Of a DNA stretch of 64,000 nt, positions 19,177-29,033 are shown in pieces (positions within the stretch are counted from its first letter, which is position 1; every line of letters begins with the position of its first letter). The DNA comes from a virus (taxonomy: Duplodnaviria; Caudoviricetes): positions 1,287 through 65,286 of the IMG/VR virus record IMGVR_UViG_3300042383_000245. The stretch is one strand, 5' to 3'. Both the position numbers and the translations under genes were made by a program. Below the pieces are notes generated by a model. That model ran no database searches. It was not told where the DNA came from and saw only the letters and a list, made by a program, of their open reading frames with translations.

Positions 19177-19584
19177 TTATAATACTTTAACTAGCTCTGT
19201 ACACCCAACGCTACCCTTTTGAAAACCACACTCAACGTACTTATTGATGAGCGCTTCGTTCCTTAGTGACACGTAGGCATACTTTGCTCCGTTTTCTTTT
19301 CCGTATTCTGACAGAGTGTCTATCAGGAACTTAATCGCGTCTTTGCGATCAAGCTCCTTGTATTCAATGTTGGACACAATAAACTCTATCCAAACAGCTT
19401 TTGAGTTGGTAAAGTAAATGTACCCAGCACAGATGTCAACACCATCCTTTGAGACCATGATGCCACCTCGTCCGTCATTTGGCAAGAAGTCTCTACCCGG
19501 CGCTTCCCATCTCCACTGCTTCCACCACTTTGTCAAAGTGTTATCGTAGTCTTGATCGGTTAACGGTCTGGGGCTGAAACTCAT
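19177..19584 (-). CDS. GNAT-fold acetyltransferase-like virion assembly protein
   Basis: ICAGYIY...WIEFIVSN...LINKYVECGF pattern; sits between tail and ejection genes like T7 gp13. Confidence 0.6.
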   Translation of the reverse strand: MSFSPRPLTDQDYDNTLTKWWKQWRWEAPGRDFLPNDGRGGIMVSKDGVDICAGYIYFTNSKAVWIEFIVSNIEYKELDRKDAIKFLIDTLSEYGKENGAKYAYVSLRNEALINKYVECGFQKGSVGCTELVKVL

Positions 19585-19605
19585 TGCTACGCAAAGATAG
19601 CGAAG

Positions 19606-20355
19606 TTATGGGTAACTTTTGAATACCTGTGAAGAAATTGCAAATAATTCTACAGCAGTAGAGCTAGTATTCTCAAGCAGTACACTCATGAAGTATCCGC
19701 GTGCACCGTAAGACTCTGCAACTGCATTTTTGACAAACACAATAAAGTTTCCAGCAACCGGAACAGTACCACCAACTACCATGTTAATGGTAACGGATGT
19801 TGCGTTGTGTGCAGTCACGACACCAGAGATCGTCAGTCCTCCAACAGCTCCAATGTATATGATGTCGCCAATGCTGACGGTGGTTCCAATATCGAACGTG
19901 AAGTTTATTCTGTAGTTGCTAGCAGAGATGAGCGTTACTGAAGATGCAGATCCAATGCCCTGAGTAGACATGGCTTTTAAGTCTACGGTATCTGGGTTTC
20001 TACGAATGTATGTAAAGTAGTCTCCTTCCTTCAACTCAAAGTACGACGCTTCCATTACTCCAGAGTTTAGGTCTGTGGTAATCGTAGCCTTCCATGGAGA
20101 GTCAGTCTCGCAGGCAAGCGTCTTGAACATCTTAGACTCGCTTGGCGCATCGTTGAAAACCACAGTTACGGTAGATGGCGCAGACGCGGCACCGTACCAG
20201 CTATTGCGTGTTGCATTGGTGTTGTGCTTCCACAACTCACCAGACTTGAACGTGTACAAAAAGTTGTTCATGTTTGTCATCCACTCAGGATAGTAGGAGT
20301 GGAAAGATGTCCACCCCTCGAGCATTGGTGAGTATGTAAGAGTATAGTTAGCCAT
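19606..20355 (-). CDS. tail structural protein
   Basis: GWTSFHSYYPE...KMFKTL...YGARG motifs resembling the C-terminal part of podoviral tail stabilization proteins. Confidence 0.6.
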   Translation of the reverse strand: MANYTLTYSPMLEGWTSFHSYYPEWMTNMNNFLYTFKSGELWKHNTNATRNSWYGAASAPSTVTVVFNDAPSESKMFKTLACETDSPWKATITTDLNSGVMEASYFELKEGDYFTYIRRNPDTVDLKAMSTQGIGSASSVTLISASNYRINFTFDIGTTVSIGDIIYIGAVGGLTISGVVTAHNATSVTINMVVGGTVPVAGNFIVFVKNAVAESYGARGYFMSVLLENTSSTAVELFAISSQVFKSYP

Positions 20356-20372
20356 TACACAAAGTTACGACA

Positions 20373-23300
20373 TTAGCAGGCTTGAGTTAGTATCCATGCC
20401 GTCCCGCTCCACTGGTGTGCGTTAAGCGGTGCCGCTTGGTTTTTGTAGAAACCAGCCGGTGCAGGTGTAGTTCCAGACGAGTTCAAGTACAATGTACCAC
20501 TAACTCCGACAGTTCCGTTGGTCCAGTAAGAGTAGTATGCTGTAGATGCACAAACGGCAGACTTGGTTCCTGCGTCAGTTAAGAACACCTCAGTCAGAGG
20601 AGCGGCTTCACCTGTGCATATCGCACAGCTTCCTGATGTTACCAGAGTAGTTGGCACGTTGAACGTTGCAGTCTGTGGAAGTAAGTCAGCAGTCTTGGTC
20701 CAGCAGTTACCATCTGTGGTCTTGAAGATAGTACCATTTGCAATCACGCGAACTACCGCGTCGTAAAGAACTGCACTGTACGTGCTGTTACACAATGTGG
20801 CTTGGTAGTACCCGCCAGCAGGCGGTGTTGGTGGCGTTGGAGGGGTAGATCCGCAGTTAAATACCGCCGAAACTACTCCATCATCAGAGATTTGGCAACT
20901 TTGGTTATTGTTAATCTTGTACCACAAGTTGTTCCCGTCAAAAGTATTTCCGCCTCTAGCCTGCAAGTAAACGGTGTCTCCAACAATTGGATACGTGTAG
21001 TATCCGTTGTGGTACAGATAGTCCCATCCAAGAACCAGCAATGCACACGCTGATGCAGACGTAGCCTGTCCGTTGATGAACACTTCAAACGACGTAGCAG
21101 GCGTGTCATTCAACACAGAAGAAATTACAATCTGCGTAGATGGCCCAGTGCCGAAGCAGTTGGTAGCAGTAAATGAGGCTTGATATTCTCCGATTCCCTC
21201 AACAGTTCCGCTTATTGCGCCAGTAGCAGACTCAAACGAAAGACCAGCGGGTAGTGAGAAACCAGAACATGCTCCAGCTCCAGCTAGCGTAGCGTCTGCA
21301 GATCCAGATATTTTGCTTACAGTTCCAGAGGCAAAGCATCTAGACGCTGTCTCGCCACCAGACACAACGATGGTTTCGTAGTATCCGGTCTCGCAGTTAG
21401 CTCCGTAGAACACGGCACCCTCAGATCCTCCGAACAAGTTGAAGTTGGTGCAAGCAGAAACCAAGGTGTAGCTAGTTGGGCTGTTTGTTGCTGGAACCTT
21501 AAAGTTCACTTCCTGTCCAAGTGTAAACTCCATGTCAGAAGCTGTAACAATTGGAGGGGCAGTCTCTACGCAAACACAACTAGCAAGCTCTGTAACTACT
21601 CCGTTTGAGGTAATGAACACTAGGTTGGTTCCTGTCTTGTGGTATGCGTTTCCGCCATTGTACACGGTAGCGCCGGCGGCATCATTGTACACGGTACATC
21701 CGATTGACACGGCTCCGCCGTCAGCGTTGTGATACTTAGTGGTTGATGGTGTCTGTGCACAAACGTTTGCAAGCGTGCCATTGGTGGTGTCAAGAGTAAA
21801 CGAACTCAAGGCGGCACACGCGGTAGTTGCTGTCCAGCTATTTGATGATAGTGGAGAGTAAACGGTAAGCACGGTTTCTTCCGTAGACGTTTTAACAAAG
21901 CTCAGAGTTCCTGTGCTGTTGTTAACTAGGCCATTGTAAGGGAAGGACAATGCGATGTCACCTGCCAAAACTCCAGCAGCGATCAAAGCGTTGTAGTTAG
22001 CCAAACTGTTAAGACCAACATATCCGCTGTCTGCAACGATGTTGCCACCGATGGTAACTACGAAACGATCAGGAGTAGACTGTGCGTCATATGTAAATGA
22101 AGCACGTCCGTTCCCGGCGCCCATGTTCACAATGGTAGGAGTAGTTGAGGCCTCTCCGCTGTACGACACGGACGATCCACACGCCACAGTATTTCTGTAG
22201 TCCCAAACCAAGTACAGGTACGCCTCGTTAGAGGGGGCTGTATAAACAAATGTTCCGCTGTACTCTGAGCCAACAAGCGACATAGTCACCGGAGTTCCAA
22301 GAGATACAACAGTAGCGTAATCTTCCTCCGTGTATTCCGTGTTAGATACCAAGTAGTACACCTTGTTCCCAGTTGACGGGATGAATGGATTCAACTCAGC
22401 GTCTAAAGCAGATGCGTTGTTCTTGTATGCGTAAACAGTTACGGTGTCTCCAGGAGCAGGAATACCATTTGTTCCAGCCACGTCTGAAGTGGTGTCGAAC
22501 AACGCTACATCTACCGGCTTGAAGATGGTATCGTTAAACTCGTATCCTAGCGTTCCTGAGCTAGAATAATTGTATCGCTGGCTTCCTACCTTTCCGCTTT
22601 CTTTTGGATCGCCTACAACGAATGTAGAGCGACGCTTGATAACGGTAGCAGTCTGTGTGATTGTAAAGGTTCTCACAACTCCACAAGATGCAGTGATGGT
22701 AAGAGTCGCTGTACGAGAAACGCCAGTGTTGTTAGCTGCGATATCAGCCTCTACGTCTTGGTTTCCTGTTCCGCTAGACGGAGCAACAGTCATCCAGTTC
22801 GGGATGTTTGTAATAACCCATCCAGAGTTTGACTGAATATCGAAAATGTTCTTGGTTTGTGCTGACTTGTCGACGGTCAAAGAAGAAGGCGTAACAGTCA
22901 ATTCGCAAGGAGACGCAGTGTCGTCGTTAGACGTGAGCACGTACATCTGGTTGTATGGATCAAACGTTCCGATCTTCTGCCTGTTGATTCCAGCGATGAA
23001 CAGGTCCTTGAACCAGTCTCGCATGCCCTGCATAGATATTTCTTGGATGACATTGCCGGTCATTGACAATGCAACACCACGGCGAGCATCTGTAAAGAAC
23101 AAGTTGCCGCCCCACACAGCAAAGCTCTCTGGGTTTAAACTGATTCCGTATTCTCCGGGGAACGCGATCTGCGTTCCAAGTACTTCTGGGATGCTAACGA
23201 TAGATCCGCCACCCACTGAGTCGCTGATCAAGTTTTTCCCGTAAAGAGAAACAGACACCTTGTTCTCTTGGAATACCACCAAGTCTGTGTCTCTAGCATA

Positions 23301-26249
23301 AAGCTTTTGGATGCTTCCAAAGAAACGATCCAAGTACTTAAAGTTTGCGGTAGACAGGTTGAACTCGTTGAGCCTATTGGTGCCGGTATCCTCGCGGAAT
23401 ACACCACTGTATGTCAATCCGTTTGTTACCTGCTCTTGCTCGTAGTTCTCGATAGTAGACAACACACGTGGGCTGTACTGCATCAACGAGCCATTGAAGT
23501 CATCTCTGATACGATCGCTCTCTACGCCGTTTCTAAAGCAAAATGCATTATATACATTATCCAATTGAACCACGGCAGACTTCTTGGTAGATCCTGCACC
23601 TGCGCGTGTCTGTGTTGTTATGTTTCCTTCGTGAAGCCCGTTACTAACGCCAAACGTTGCTACCTCGTGGTAGATGTCTGCGTCGCTAGAGTTTGGAACA
23701 GTTTCAAGTACAACCGGATTTTCAACCTGTGTGATTGTAAAGTCAACTGTCAATAACGCCCTGTCGCAGTCTCCAGATCCTGATCCGCCTGGCGTATTTG
23801 CGTAGCCAAGGATGTACATCCTAACAGCGCCAAGCGTTGATTGGTTGGTGATGTTAATGTTGTCTACAATGGTAAAGTCTACAGACCTTCTGAAGTAGAT
23901 GCTTCTGTAGCCCTTGTTGACGCCATCGGCCAACATCGCAAACTTCTTATAAGCTCCATCTTCAATAAACCACTCTTCAATATTCGCGTAGTTGTTGGAT
24001 GACACGAATGTTTGAAGTGGCTGATCTGATCCACCCACAACCTTTGTTTCGTCTATTTTAAATGTGATTACAGCACCGGCTTTGATTTCCAAGTCTGTTT
24101 CACCACCAGCCACTGACCCATTAGAGTCAAGCTCTCCGGGGATAATAGCACAGTTTCCAATTGGGTCTTTAGGAGCACTACTAGAAGTTCTGTCTCCAAA
24201 GTAGTTTAGACCATTGTTTGATCTGCAATTGATTCTCCAGCTGTCACCAATTACGTGCCCATTTACGGTTGCGAATTTTATGTTTGCAATGTCTCTTCCG
24301 TTCTCGTCCTTTAATACCTGATTGGCTCCAGTAATCGCAACACCAGACTCGATAACCTTTGAAGATCCGAACATCGTGTACTTGTACGTGTTCTTTCCGT
24401 CTATGGTCAATGTATATCGGATGTCCTTTGAGTTGTTCATCGAGATCCAGTTAGGATCTACTGACAGGTTGTTTAGCCCATTTCCATAAAAAATCGGAGC
24501 CTCGATAGTAGCAAATCTAGTTCCGTTCAGTGGGTCGAACGTGCTTCTACCCGTACAGAACGCTTTTGTTGGCACGCCAGTGCGTCCCTTACCTACCGAT
24601 TGGTATGTAAATAAGTTGTCATCGTTAAATGCAACATTGTTCTCTATCTTGATCTTTAAGTAAACGCCCGGGACATTAGGCCTAGCGGTGTTGTTCAAGA
24701 AGTCTTTAGCCTTTACCTCGACCTCTAGAACCTTGTACTGCTCAGCGCTGTACGTGATGCCAATAGGGTTTGCTTTGATTACAACGTAGTCGTTGGCCTT
24801 TACCTTGTCTACGTCTGACTCGTTGATCAACATGTAAACAAAAGGTCCGTCTGTATAAAACAGTGTCGGGAAAATATTGTAGTAAGACCCCTTGTTCTGC
24901 TTGATCATTACGCGATACTTCGTAGCAAATGCAGGAGCTTCATTGTTGATTGTAAGTAACAACTTGTTTCCGGTGTCAGAGTTCTCTGGACCAATGTAAA
25001 CAGAGTTGTCTACAGACGTAAGCACCGTGCTCATGCGTCCGTATGCGTCAACATAAGAGATACCAATCTCGTAGTCTCTGTCGCTACGCATGGTCTTAAC
25101 CGGGTCACCGATAACGTATGTTGTAGACAGCTTGCTTTCTGGAACCACATCAACACCATAGTTCATGGTAATGCCACCGCCAGCGATGTCTACAATGTTG
25201 TAGAACTGCGTGTAGTTACCGTATACCAAACGACTACCGATAAGCTCTTGAGCTTTTGCCTTCAACGGGACGTTGTCGAACAAACGGGTCAGTTGGCTAG
25301 TGGGAAGAACGCTGTAGATTTTGTTGTTAGAGAATGACTGAAAGGTAGCCGTAGTTCCTGTTAAGCTTACAGAGCTAACATTTCCTGACACGATCTGAGC
25401 CCTAGAGAAGCTGTCAATAACGCTCACATTTAAGCCAGACGAATCTCTGAATACAAGTTGTATCTCTTTTACAATATCAGACCCAATATCAAAAGATACG
25501 TCAGCTGAGTTGTAGAAGTTAACCATAGACTTGTTTATGCCAGTCCCGTAGTCGTATTGAAAGTCTTTTGGAAAGAATGCAACCTCAGAGAATGGAGCCA
25601 ACGAGCTATACTCGTTGTTCTGATACTTGTACCTGTAAGAGAAGTACAAGAACTTGTCGGTCATGTTGTTCGTGTCAGTCCCGTCAGTCTTCAACGCGAT
25701 TGTAGGCGCTGTCAACGGTGGTTTTACGATAACATTGATCTCTTCTTCTGTAAAATTATTGTATGGGTAGTATGTCTTGGTGTCGATTCTGCGAGGAGGA
25801 TTCAATCCATCCGTCCAGAACAACAGGTCACTAATGTAGTTTACACCGGTGATCAAGTACTGAGTGTTGAAGTTGAGAACATTCGCGGCACCGGCCCTTG
25901 TGTCCATAGCCAACACGGTGGTCAAGCCAGTCAATTCATTGTATGATGCAATGATATTTCCTCCTGCAGCCTTTACAAACCAGAATATCAAAAACTCAGA
26001 AGGAACCGCAATGGATCCGATAGCCTTTGCTCCGGTTAATGAAAATGCCGACCCAGAAAACGCAGTAGCAGCAGCAGCTAGTCCGCTTACTTTGGTATTT
26101 CCAAGCTCGTTCGACAGAGCGCCAACGTCTGACCCCTCGGACGTGCCGATGGTAACGTTCATTGCATCTCTGTACTGTCCATCTGGGACCAGGCGCTCGT
26201 CCAGGTCCTTGTTCATTATACCAGCTACTAGGCTTCTCTTTAACTCCAT
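20373..26249 (-). CDS. tail stabilization / nozzle protein with BACON- and Ig-like C-terminal domains
   Basis: MNKDLDERLVPDGQYRDAMNV N-terminus, FWTDGLNPPR, RLVYGNY, FGSIQKL, GEYGISLNPES beta-propeller motifs; WMTVAPSSGTGN BACON-like and LPAGLSF Ig-like segments. Confidence 0.75.
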   Translation of the reverse strand: MELKRSLVAGIMNKDLDERLVPDGQYRDAMNVTIGTSEGSDVGALSNELGNTKVSGLAAAATAFSGSAFSLTGAKAIGSIAVPSEFLIFWFVKAAGGNIIASYNELTGLTTVLAMDTRAGAANVLNFNTQYLITGVNYISDLLFWTDGLNPPRRIDTKTYYPYNNFTEEEINVIVKPPLTAPTIALKTDGTDTNNMTDKFLYFSYRYKYQNNEYSSLAPFSEVAFFPKDFQYDYGTGINKSMVNFYNSADVSFDIGSDIVKEIQLVFRDSSGLNVSVIDSFSRAQIVSGNVSSVSLTGTTATFQSFSNNKIYSVLPTSQLTRLFDNVPLKAKAQELIGSRLVYGNYTQFYNIVDIAGGGITMNYGVDVVPESKLSTTYVIGDPVKTMRSDRDYEIGISYVDAYGRMSTVLTSVDNSVYIGPENSDTGNKLLLTINNEAPAFATKYRVMIKQNKGSYYNIFPTLFYTDGPFVYMLINESDVDKVKANDYVVIKANPIGITYSAEQYKVLEVEVKAKDFLNNTARPNVPGVYLKIKIENNVAFNDDNLFTYQSVGKGRTGVPTKAFCTGRSTFDPLNGTRFATIEAPIFYGNGLNNLSVDPNWISMNNSKDIRYTLTIDGKNTYKYTMFGSSKVIESGVAITGANQVLKDENGRDIANIKFATVNGHVIGDSWRINCRSNNGLNYFGDRTSSSAPKDPIGNCAIIPGELDSNGSVAGGETDLEIKAGAVITFKIDETKVVGGSDQPLQTFVSSNNYANIEEWFIEDGAYKKFAMLADGVNKGYRSIYFRRSVDFTIVDNINITNQSTLGAVRMYILGYANTPGGSGSGDCDRALLTVDFTITQVENPVVLETVPNSSDADIYHEVATFGVSNGLHEGNITTQTRAGAGSTKKSAVVQLDNVYNAFCFRNGVESDRIRDDFNGSLMQYSPRVLSTIENYEQEQVTNGLTYSGVFREDTGTNRLNEFNLSTANFKYLDRFFGSIQKLYARDTDLVVFQENKVSVSLYGKNLISDSVGGGSIVSIPEVLGTQIAFPGEYGISLNPESFAVWGGNLFFTDARRGVALSMTGNVIQEISMQGMRDWFKDLFIAGINRQKIGTFDPYNQMYVLTSNDDTASPCELTVTPSSLTVDKSAQTKNIFDIQSNSGWVITNIPNWMTVAPSSGTGNQDVEADIAANNTGVSRTATLTITASCGVVRTFTITQTATVIKRRSTFVVGDPKESGKVGSQRYNYSSSGTLGYEFNDTIFKPVDVALFDTTSDVAGTNGIPAPGDTVTVYAYKNNASALDAELNPFIPSTGNKVYYLVSNTEYTEEDYATVVSLGTPVTMSLVGSEYSGTFVYTAPSNEAYLYLVWDYRNTVACGSSVSYSGEASTTPTIVNMGAGNGRASFTYDAQSTPDRFVVTIGGNIVADSGYVGLNSLANYNALIAAGVLAGDIALSFPYNGLVNNSTGTLSFVKTSTEETVLTVYSPLSSNSWTATTACAALSSFTLDTTNGTLANVCAQTPSTTKYHNADGGAVSIGCTVYNDAAGATVYNGGNAYHKTGTNLVFITSNGVVTELASCVCVETAPPIVTASDMEFTLGQEVNFKVPATNSPTSYTLVSACTNFNLFGGSEGAVFYGANCETGYYETIVVSGGETASRCFASGTVSKISGSADATLAGAGACSGFSLPAGLSFESATGAISGTVEGIGEYQASFTATNCFGTGPSTQIVISSVLNDTPATSFEVFINGQATSASACALLVLGWDYLYHNGYYTYPIVGDTVYLQARGGNTFDGNNLWYKINNNQSCQISDDGVVSAVFNCGSTPPTPPTPPAGGYYQATLCNSTYSAVLYDAVVRVIANGTIFKTTDGNCWTKTADLLPQTATFNVPTTLVTSGSCAICTGEAAPLTEVFLTDAGTKSAVCASTAYYSYWTNGTVGVSGTLYLNSSGTTPAPAGFYKNQAAPLNAHQWSGTAWILTQAC

Positions 26250-27148
26250 TACTTGATCCAGTTATCTTGGTTTCTCAATACCATTAAAATGCGTCCTGCA
26301 CTGATATTGGACAATCTAATCTTTGCGTTTCTAAGCATCGCCGACTTCTCTTCTCTCGCACGTCTTACAACGTACTCTTGAACGCCAACCTTGTTGTTCA
26401 ACACGGCCCACTTAATGTAAGCGTAGATGAACTCTTCTGCAAGCTTGTTTACCTTCACAGCATCGTCGTCGCCATTTTCTAGACCATCAGAGATGTACTC
26501 AATAACGACCAATTTATTGCTCATGCCAGAACTGAAGTGCATAACTCCAGCCGCTTTGTCAATTCTGAATGTGGGGTTTATGTTCGCAGCTTCTGCGTTC
26601 AATCCAAAGAAACCACCAAGGTTGTAGTTGAAGTACCAGTACCCATCTACGTTCCATCCCCAACGGCCATTGGCCCAGCCCTCTCCGTAGAAGATGTCGT
26701 ATGGGTATCCTTGTATGCGCTTGATGTCAAGCTCAGAAGTTCCTGTAATTACGTTTCCGTCTTGGTCGTACAACACGCTGTCACTAGAGTCCTTCAAGTA
26801 TGCCTGTGCATAGTTGACACTCCTGTTCTCGTGTAGCGTGTACAATACACCCTCAACCTCCATAGAGATCCTAGCGTAGTTCACGTAGTCTGGAGGCAAC
26901 ACCAAGTTTAAGTCTGATCCTACGTTAAGTTCTAGGACCTTAATGTTCCTAGCCGCGTCATAGTTCAACTCTTGGATTGCACGCTTCGCATGGAAAAGTG
27001 CATTGTATCTGTTCAGCGTTCCGATCAACTTGTCGTCGCCAACATACATCAACATGAAGTTGTTAACGATGTCGGCCAAAGACACGTACTGATAGTCTCC
27101 GCTGTTATTTGGGTCAGAATAGTATGCTTGGTTAGTTATGTATGCCAT
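26249..27148 (-). CDS. head-tail adaptor / tail ring protein
   Basis: FHAKRAIQELNYD, LPPDYVNY, EYISDG motifs; position upstream of the nozzle gene. Confidence 0.65.
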   Translation of the reverse strand: MAYITNQAYYSDPNNSGDYQYVSLADIVNNFMLMYVGDDKLIGTLNRYNALFHAKRAIQELNYDAARNIKVLELNVGSDLNLVLPPDYVNYARISMEVEGVLYTLHENRSVNYAQAYLKDSSDSVLYDQDGNVITGTSELDIKRIQGYPYDIFYGEGWANGRWGWNVDGYWYFNYNLGGFFGLNAEAANINPTFRIDKAAGVMHFSSGMSNKLVVIEYISDGLENGDDDAVKVNKLAEEFIYAYIKWAVLNNKVGVQEYVVRRAREEKSAMLRNAKIRLSNISAGRILMVLRNQDNWIK

Positions 27149-27840
27149 TAGCTTTGCTTAGTTTGTTCTGCGTTATCTGATCCTGTGGCGAACTGCACTA
27201 CTTCAGCTTCGCGAATATTCACGCCGGCGTATGACAATATCTTGAAAACTAAGTCGTTTTGTGAGCTTTGCGGAAGCTCAAAGTCTTGATAGTCAACAGC
27301 TGACTGGTTGAATATAGGCGAGCCTGCCACGACAGTATATGTCCACTTAGGATCAAGAGGGTAGCGAACATACATCGCACTGACGCTACTCGTGATCGAT
27401 GTTGGGTAAACCTTAATATCATCTCCTTTTTGGTAATATGCTGGATAGGCTGTGGTTGGTGCAGTAATGTTTGAACTCAATAAGTTCATCACCTTGTTCT
27501 GGGCCACATATTCAATTTCTTTAGTGCCGTATAGTACAACATTAACGTAGTACCAATCAGCAGGAAGGGCAAACGATTGAGAAGGAGAATCGTATACCAG
27601 AGTAGATGACGTAGAGAATTCATCAATTGTTTCTGCAATATTTTTTTGAATGTTAGCGTATCCATCATTTGCCAGTCTGGCGTTTCTTTTATTTACCCAG
27701 TTGGTATAGTCGTAAAAGTACTGCTCAAAGATTTCAAGCTGTGCTTGCTTGGCAAATAAGTTGAACTCCTCCGGCGTAATATAACCGTTGTTATCCTTAT
27801 TAAGGATAGCCATAACAGTATTTCTTACCGTGTTTATCAT
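27148..27840 (-). CDS. tail ring / adaptor protein
   Basis: ILNKDNNGYITPEEFNLFAKQAQ, LPADW, YVRYP..PKW, DFEL motifs; start moved to ATG 27840. Confidence 0.65.
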   Translation of the reverse strand: MINTVRNTVMAILNKDNNGYITPEEFNLFAKQAQLEIFEQYFYDYTNWVNKRNARLANDGYANIQKNIAETIDEFSTSSTLVYDSPSQSFALPADWYYVNVVLYGTKEIEYVAQNKVMNLLSSNITAPTTAYPAYYQKGDDIKVYPTSITSSVSAMYVRYPLDPKWTYTVVAGSPIFNQSAVDYQDFELPQSSQNDLVFKILSYAGVNIREAEVVQFATGSDNAEQTKQS

Positions 27841-27857
27841 GTCATCACAAAGATAAC

Positions 27858-27890
27858 AAAAAAAGGCCACCCCTTGCGAGATGGCCTTCT
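27858..27890 (-). terminator. intrinsic terminator
   Basis: AAGGCCA/TGGCCTT stem followed by a T-run on the minus strand. Confidence 0.65.
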
Positions 27891-27908
27891 TTCAAATAGT
27901 TTTAATGG

Positions 27909-28190
27909 TTACGCTACAGCAATTCCACTAACTGCGTATGGAAGGTTTGATACAGTGTACGCAACATTAGTCCAAGAAGTCTGCAAAGCAGCAACTACGG
28001 CGTTTTGAATTGCGTCACGCTCTGTTTCGTCTCCAGCGCCAGCAGTGGCATGTGTAAGTGTAACCACTTTGCCGCCACCATAAGTGACAGTAACGGTGGT
28101 TGTAGAGGCTTGTTCAATCAAAATGATTCCTGTAGCCTGAACTAGCTGATTTTGTTCGCTAGTAACTGGGATGCTTAAAAATTTCTCCAT
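27909..28190 (-). CDS. small virion structural protein
   Basis: 93 aa, Thr/Ala/Val-rich, with its own promoter box and terminator. Confidence 0.55.
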   Translation of the reverse strand: MEKFLSIPVTSEQNQLVQATGIILIEQASTTTVTVTYGGGKVVTLTHATAGAGDETERDAIQNAVVAALQTSWTNVAYTVSNLPYAVSGIAVA

Positions 28191-28209
28191 ACAACAAATA
28201 TACGAATAA

Positions 28210-28950
28210 TTACGATAATTTATTCTTCACAACTTCAGCAACTGGCAATCCCTCTTCGCTTTCAAAGTATACGGTCAACGCAGACACTGCGTCATCTCCT
28301 GGCTGTAAGTTCATTAACTTTCGCTTATTTCCAGGAATGTTAAACCAGATCTCTCTGTTGTTGTTACGCAATGTAAACATTCCCGCGTCCAAAGCTCTTG
28401 ACGCCATGGCTGTGTCTTGCAAGTCTGGATCTGCTACCATCTCTAAGAACTCTTTTGGATACTGTCTAGCGTACAACAAGATGTCTCTCTTGATTTCTGG
28501 TGTGGTCATCGTTTCAATAACGCCACCATACAATAATTGAGCGATAGACAACATGGTTTCTAACTCCAAGTTTCTCGCGGCAATCTGTGCGTCCAACTCA
28601 ATATTGAGTTCTTCGATGTCCTTAGCAGCCTCTTTCTCTGTGTTAAGCTCTCTAAATACGTCTCCATTCAATGGGTGTAAGTCCATGAATTTACTAAGCA
28701 TTGGATTGTTTGAAGACACAATTAATACACCATCTTCAAAGATGATTGGTTCCAAAATCGCCTTGTCGTCCTGTTCATCCTCGAACACTGACTTTTGATT
28801 TCTAGAATAACGAAGTGCTCGGTTTGCAGTTCCGTCAAAGTGCAACAAAGAAAAACGCTTGGTGTTTCTCGAAGGCAACGTGTAGCTCAATGGAGCTTTG
28901 TCTTTTGTAAGGATGAATACTCGATCCTTTAGCTGATTTGATTGTTTCAT
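28210..28950 (-). CDS. hypothetical protein downstream of the major capsid gene
   Basis: NRALRYSRNQKSVFEDEQ...IIFEDG motif; start moved to ATG 28950 behind TATATTTG at 28979-28972. Confidence 0.65.
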   Translation of the reverse strand: MKQSNQLKDRVFILTKDKAPLSYTLPSRNTKRFSLLHFDGTANRALRYSRNQKSVFEDEQDDKAILEPIIFEDGVLIVSSNNPMLSKFMDLHPLNGDVFRELNTEKEAAKDIEELNIELDAQIAARNLELETMLSIAQLLYGGVIETMTTPEIKRDILLYARQYPKEFLEMVADPDLQDTAMASRALDAGMFTLRNNNREIWFNIPGNKRKLMNLQPGDDAVSALTVYFESEEGLPVAEVVKNKLS

Positions 28951-28982
28951 AATTTGATTTGATTTACGGTACAAATATAAAC

Positions 28983-29012
28983 AAAAAGGGTGAGTACATT
29001 GTACCCACCCTT
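28983..29012 (-). terminator. intrinsic terminator after the major capsid gene
   Basis: AAGGGTGAGTAC/GTACCCACCCTT stem with a T-run on the minus strand. Confidence 0.7.
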
Positions 29013-29033
29013 CTGTGATAATCTTGGTTAAGA